From the NCBI RefSeq assembly GCF_009914755.1, contig NC_060940.1: a stretch of DNA of 64,000 nucleotides; one strand, written 5' to 3'. The notes below the pieces were generated by a model, which did not search any database, had not been told where the DNA came from, and was given only the letters and a program-made list of their open reading frames with translations. Below are positions 46,935 to 64,000 of this stretch, piece by piece; the first letter of the stretch is position 1, and every line of letters begins with the position of its first letter. The translations under genes were made by a program, and so were the position numbers. The stretch comes from the human T2T-CHM13v2.0 reference genome, Homo sapiens.

Positions 46935-48075
46935 TTTATTTTAATTAATTAATTAATTTATATTAAAATAGAAACAGGGTCTCACTAGGTTGCCAGGCTG
47001 GTCTTGAACTCCTAGGCTCAAGTGATCCTCTCACCTTGGCCACCCAAAGTGCTGCGATTACAGGCATGAGTCACCATACCTAGCCATGATCCGTATTTTA
47101 TTTATTTATCTTTGTTTTTATTTTTATTTAAATTTTATTTTATTTTGGGACAGAGATTGCAGTGGCGCGATCTTGGCTCCCTGCAGCCTCTGCCTCTTGG
47201 CAAGCGATTCTTCTGCCTCAGCCATCCAAGTAGCTGGAATTACAGGCACATACCATCACAACTGGCTAATTTTTGTATTTTTAGTAGAGACAGGGTTTCA
47301 CCATGTTGGCCAGGCTGGTCTCAAACTCCTGACTTCAAGTGATCCTCCCACCTAGGCCTCCCAAAGTGCTGGGATTACAGGTGTGAGCCACCGCACCCCG
47401 CCAGGATTCATGTTTTAGACAAATCATTCTGACAGTGTGGAGGGGGTGCAAATTTGAGGCAGGAGGACCCACTGGGAAGGGAAGGGGCTCTAGGATGGAT
47501 CCAGAGGAAGGACCTGTGGAAACTAAGGAGGGGTCATAGAGGGGGTAGGGCCTAGGGTAGGCAAAGGGTTGGTCCCAAGTGTCCCATGCAGTAAAAGTCA
47601 AATAGAACAGTCAACGTGAACATTACCTTGCTATGTACTGGGTGAAAACTTGCTGATCTCTGGAGCCCACTGAGTAGCGGAGGGTTTGAGAGCCAGTGAG
47701 AACCAGAAATGTAGTGAGCTGGAACTGGGTTCAAGTCTTAGGACACACCACTTCACGGCCCTCTCCAAAATATTTCATTTTTCTGGCTGGACGCAATGGC
47801 TCACTCATGTAATCCAAGAACTTTGGGAGGCCAAGGCAGGCAGTTCACTTGAGCACAGGAATTTGAGACCAACCTGGGCAACATGGCAAAACCCGGTATC
47901 TACAAAAAATACAAAAATATTAGCTGGGTGTGGTGCACGTGCCTGTGGTCCCAGCTACTCCAGAGACTGAGGTGGGAGGATCGCTTAAGACCGGGAGGCT
48001 GGAGTTGCAGTGAGCCTGGTGATCACGCTGCTGCACTCCAGCCTGGGTGACAGAGCCTGACCCTGTCTGAAAAAT
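46935..48075. mobile_element. FLAM (-), AluS (-,47095-47402), AluJ (+,47784-48075)
   Basis: Alu motifs. Confidence 0.85.
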
Positions 48076-48539
48076 AGGTATATTTAATTTTTCTAACTAC
48101 CAAATGAGGGTAAACCTAATAGCAATTTCATGGGGCTGTTGCGAGGATGGGATGGCTTAATGCATTTAGGTCACTGCTCATAGTGCCTGGCACACAGCCA
48201 GCCCTCAGACCAATGGCAGCTGGTATTATTTGTTAGCCTCTGAGTGCTCTGGGCCTCAGCTCCCTCACCTCCAAAAATGAAATTGTCATCTCCCACTTGC
48301 TGTTGACGGGAACTGGGGACTAGATGAGACGATTGAAGTGTATATGCAAACGTAAAGGCGGTATTCCTCGAAAGATTGAACGTAGAGCCACTATGTGACC
48401 CAGCAGTCCCACTCCTAGGATTGCACCCAAGATAAAACACACAGCCGCATAAAAACCTATAGTACATGAATATGCATAGCAGGTATTCATATCATAGCAT
48501 GGATGTTTATATTCATAATAGCCAAAAAGTCAAAACAAC

Positions 48540-50247
<1,708 letters not shown>

Positions 50248-50400
50248 CAACCAAATGTTCATCAACTGATGAATGGATAAACAACGTGTGATCTCCATAT
50301 AATGGAATATTATTCATTCCATAAAAAGGAATGAAGCACTGATCCATGCTACAACGTGGATGAACCTTGAGAACACTCTGAGTGAAAGAAGCCATCCATT

Positions 50401-50546
50401 TCTCTCTTTTTTTGTCTTTTTTCCTTTTTGTGGAGAATAGGGTCTCGATATATTGCCCTGGCAGGTCTGTAACTCCTGGGCTCAAGCTATCCTCCTGCCG
50501 CTGCCTTCCTAAGAGCTGGGATTATAGGCATGAGCCACCGCCCCCG
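50401..50546 (-). pseudogene. Second BC200 (BCYRN1)-type retrocopy
   Basis: Reverse complement CCCAGCTCTTAG...GGATAGCTTGAGCCCAGGAG...GACCTGCCaGGGCAATATATCGAGACCC.TTCTCCACAAAAAGGAAAAAAGACAAAAAAA; flanked by gtgaaagaagcc repeats. Confidence 0.8.
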
Positions 50547-50550
50547 GTGA

Positions 50551-50760
<210 letters not shown>

Positions 50761-51036
50761 TAATTTTTGTATTTATGGTAGAGATGGGGTTTCACCTTGT
50801 TGGCTAGGCTGATCTTGAACTCCTGACCTCAAGTAATCCACCCACCTTGGCCTCCCAAAGTGCTGGGATTACAGATGTGAGCCACTGCGCACGGCCCACT
50901 TATTGTGTGATTCAGTTTACATTAAATGTCCAGAATAGGCAAACCCATATAGACAGAAAGTCAGAAAATAGATTAGTGGTTACCTAGGGCGTGGGGAGTT
51001 CAGGCGAAATGGGAGGTGAGTGCTAATGGGTACAGG

Positions 51037-51154
51037 TTTTCTCCTCTCCTCTCCTCTCCTCTTTCCTTCCTTTCTTTCTTTCTTTCTCTTTCTTTCTGTC
51101 TTTCTTTCTTTCCTTCCTTCCTTCCTTCCTTCCTTGCTTCCTTCCTTCCTTCCT

Positions 51155-51221
<67 letters not shown>

Positions 51222-51301
51222 CCTTCCTTGCTTCCTTCCTCCCTCCCTCTCTCTCTCTCTCATTCTCTCTTTCCCTCCCTCCCTCCCTTCCTTCCTTCCT
51301 T
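51037..51301. repeat. Compound (TTTC)n/(TTCC)n/(CT)n microsatellite at the tail of a FLAM (51302-51423)
   Basis: About 265 nt of almost pure pyrimidine on the plus strand. Confidence 0.97.
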
Positions 51302-52052
51302 GAGATAAGGTCTCCCAGTATTGCCCGGGTTAGTCCAAACTCCTGAGCTCAAGCTGTCTTCAGTCCTCCTTCCTCAGCTTCCTGGGTAGCTGAGATTACA
51401 GGGGTGAGCCACTGCACCCGGCTGAGTTTTCTTTTTAGGGTAATGAAATGTTCTAAAATTGATTGTCATGGTGTTTGCAACTATCTGCAAATATACTAAA
51501 AGCCATTGAATTATACATGGATGGATTGTATGTTAGATGAATTATATCTTAATAAAGCTGTTATCAGAAAAGGAGGGGCAGGGCTACACAAAAAGCAGCT
51601 CCGGGAGAATTCGGACATGTGATGAAATAACAAAGTAAACGCAGGCCCGGAGACAGGACGATGTTCCTCATGTTCCTGCCTCACTCGCTGTCAGATCAGG
51701 AGCCCACGGCTGTCCTGAATGGCATTATTTTCAGGCTTGCAGAGGAGCTGCTTGTGTCACCTTTTCCTGGGCAACGTTCACTTTCTGCAGAACGCAGCTC
51801 CTCCTCCCTGGCACCCAAGGCGCGCCTCTGAGACTCACATCGGTACTGCAAAGCCACCACCTCTTATTTTTAGTCCAGATTTCACCATAATTGGGGCAGC
51901 AGGAGTGCTGTAGGCCCGGGACATCTTCAGTGACAGGTGTCTTTCTACCTCGTGGCACCTGCTACCAGAAGACCATTCTCCCACCAGTGGGGGAACACCT
52001 GCTGACCTTCAGCAGAGCCAGCCCATGGGGCTCCCAAGAACTTTTGCGCCTA

Positions 52053-59470
<7,418 letters not shown>

Positions 59471-59869
59471 CCAGCCAGTACTTCAGATTCTTATCTCTTT
59501 GTAAAACCTGGGTCTTCCTAACTCCAAGAAACCTGTCTTCTGCCCGGATTCGAGAAAATTCCAAGGAGGGAGCTGCCTCTCCATCCCTTCCATATGTGCT
59601 TCTAGGAAAAAGTTACCAGTCTCACATCACCAGAGGGCTTGAATGAAGAGGCTGCCATCAGCTATTCAAACATTCATCCAATATTAACTGAGCACCTACT
59701 CTGGGTGAGGCTTACCAGGGAGCACCTGCCCCACTCCAGACTTTGAATTGCGCCCGTTTCATCACATTCTTTGGTGTCCTGGCAACCAGAGACTCTGATC
59801 TGAGCTCCAGCCAGAACAGAGGCCATTCCTCCCTGACTGCTGTGACTCACCACCACCCCAGGCCTCTGA

Positions 59870-63972
<4,103 letters not shown>

Positions 63973-64000
63973 AATACTAAAATATTTTTATACTTTAATA

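Noticed and set aside
51000-51346. Lys/Glu/Arg-rich and Phe/Leu/Ser-rich ORFs
   Set aside because: Translations of the microsatellite.

Overview
Human (primate) genomic DNA, recognised from the encoded proteins as the 16p13.3 HMOX2-CDIP1-C16orf96 locus. It holds three genes. (1) All five coding exons of HMOX2 (+, ATG 9000, TGA 13229-13231, 951 nt, 316 aa), with two poly(A) signals. (2) The complete CDIP1 gene (-, six exons, CpG-island promoter near 42.2 kb, 627-nt CDS, 208 aa, LITAF domain), ending tail-to-tail a few hundred bp from HMOX2. (3) The first coding exon of C16orf96 (+, 59963-60382). The rest is very rich in transposons: dozens of Alu/FLAM/FRAM copies, old L1M and L1PA 3' ends, MIR/L2, LTR8, MER31, MER21/MST LTRs, hAT-Charlie and Tigger fossils, a half MADE1 and two BC200-type retrocopies. 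I found no CRISPR, rRNA, tRNA or foreign insert, and no clear-cut new system. The best untested hypotheses concern HMOX2 RNA processing: a retainable 90-nt last intron that would replace the membrane anchor with a tail carrying a new Cys-Pro motif, a G-quadruplex found only in the long 3'UTR, and inverted Alus that could circularise the ATG-containing exons. Repeat subfamily names come from recalled consensus sequences and need RepeatMasker/Dfam confirmation; repeat boundaries are approximate.
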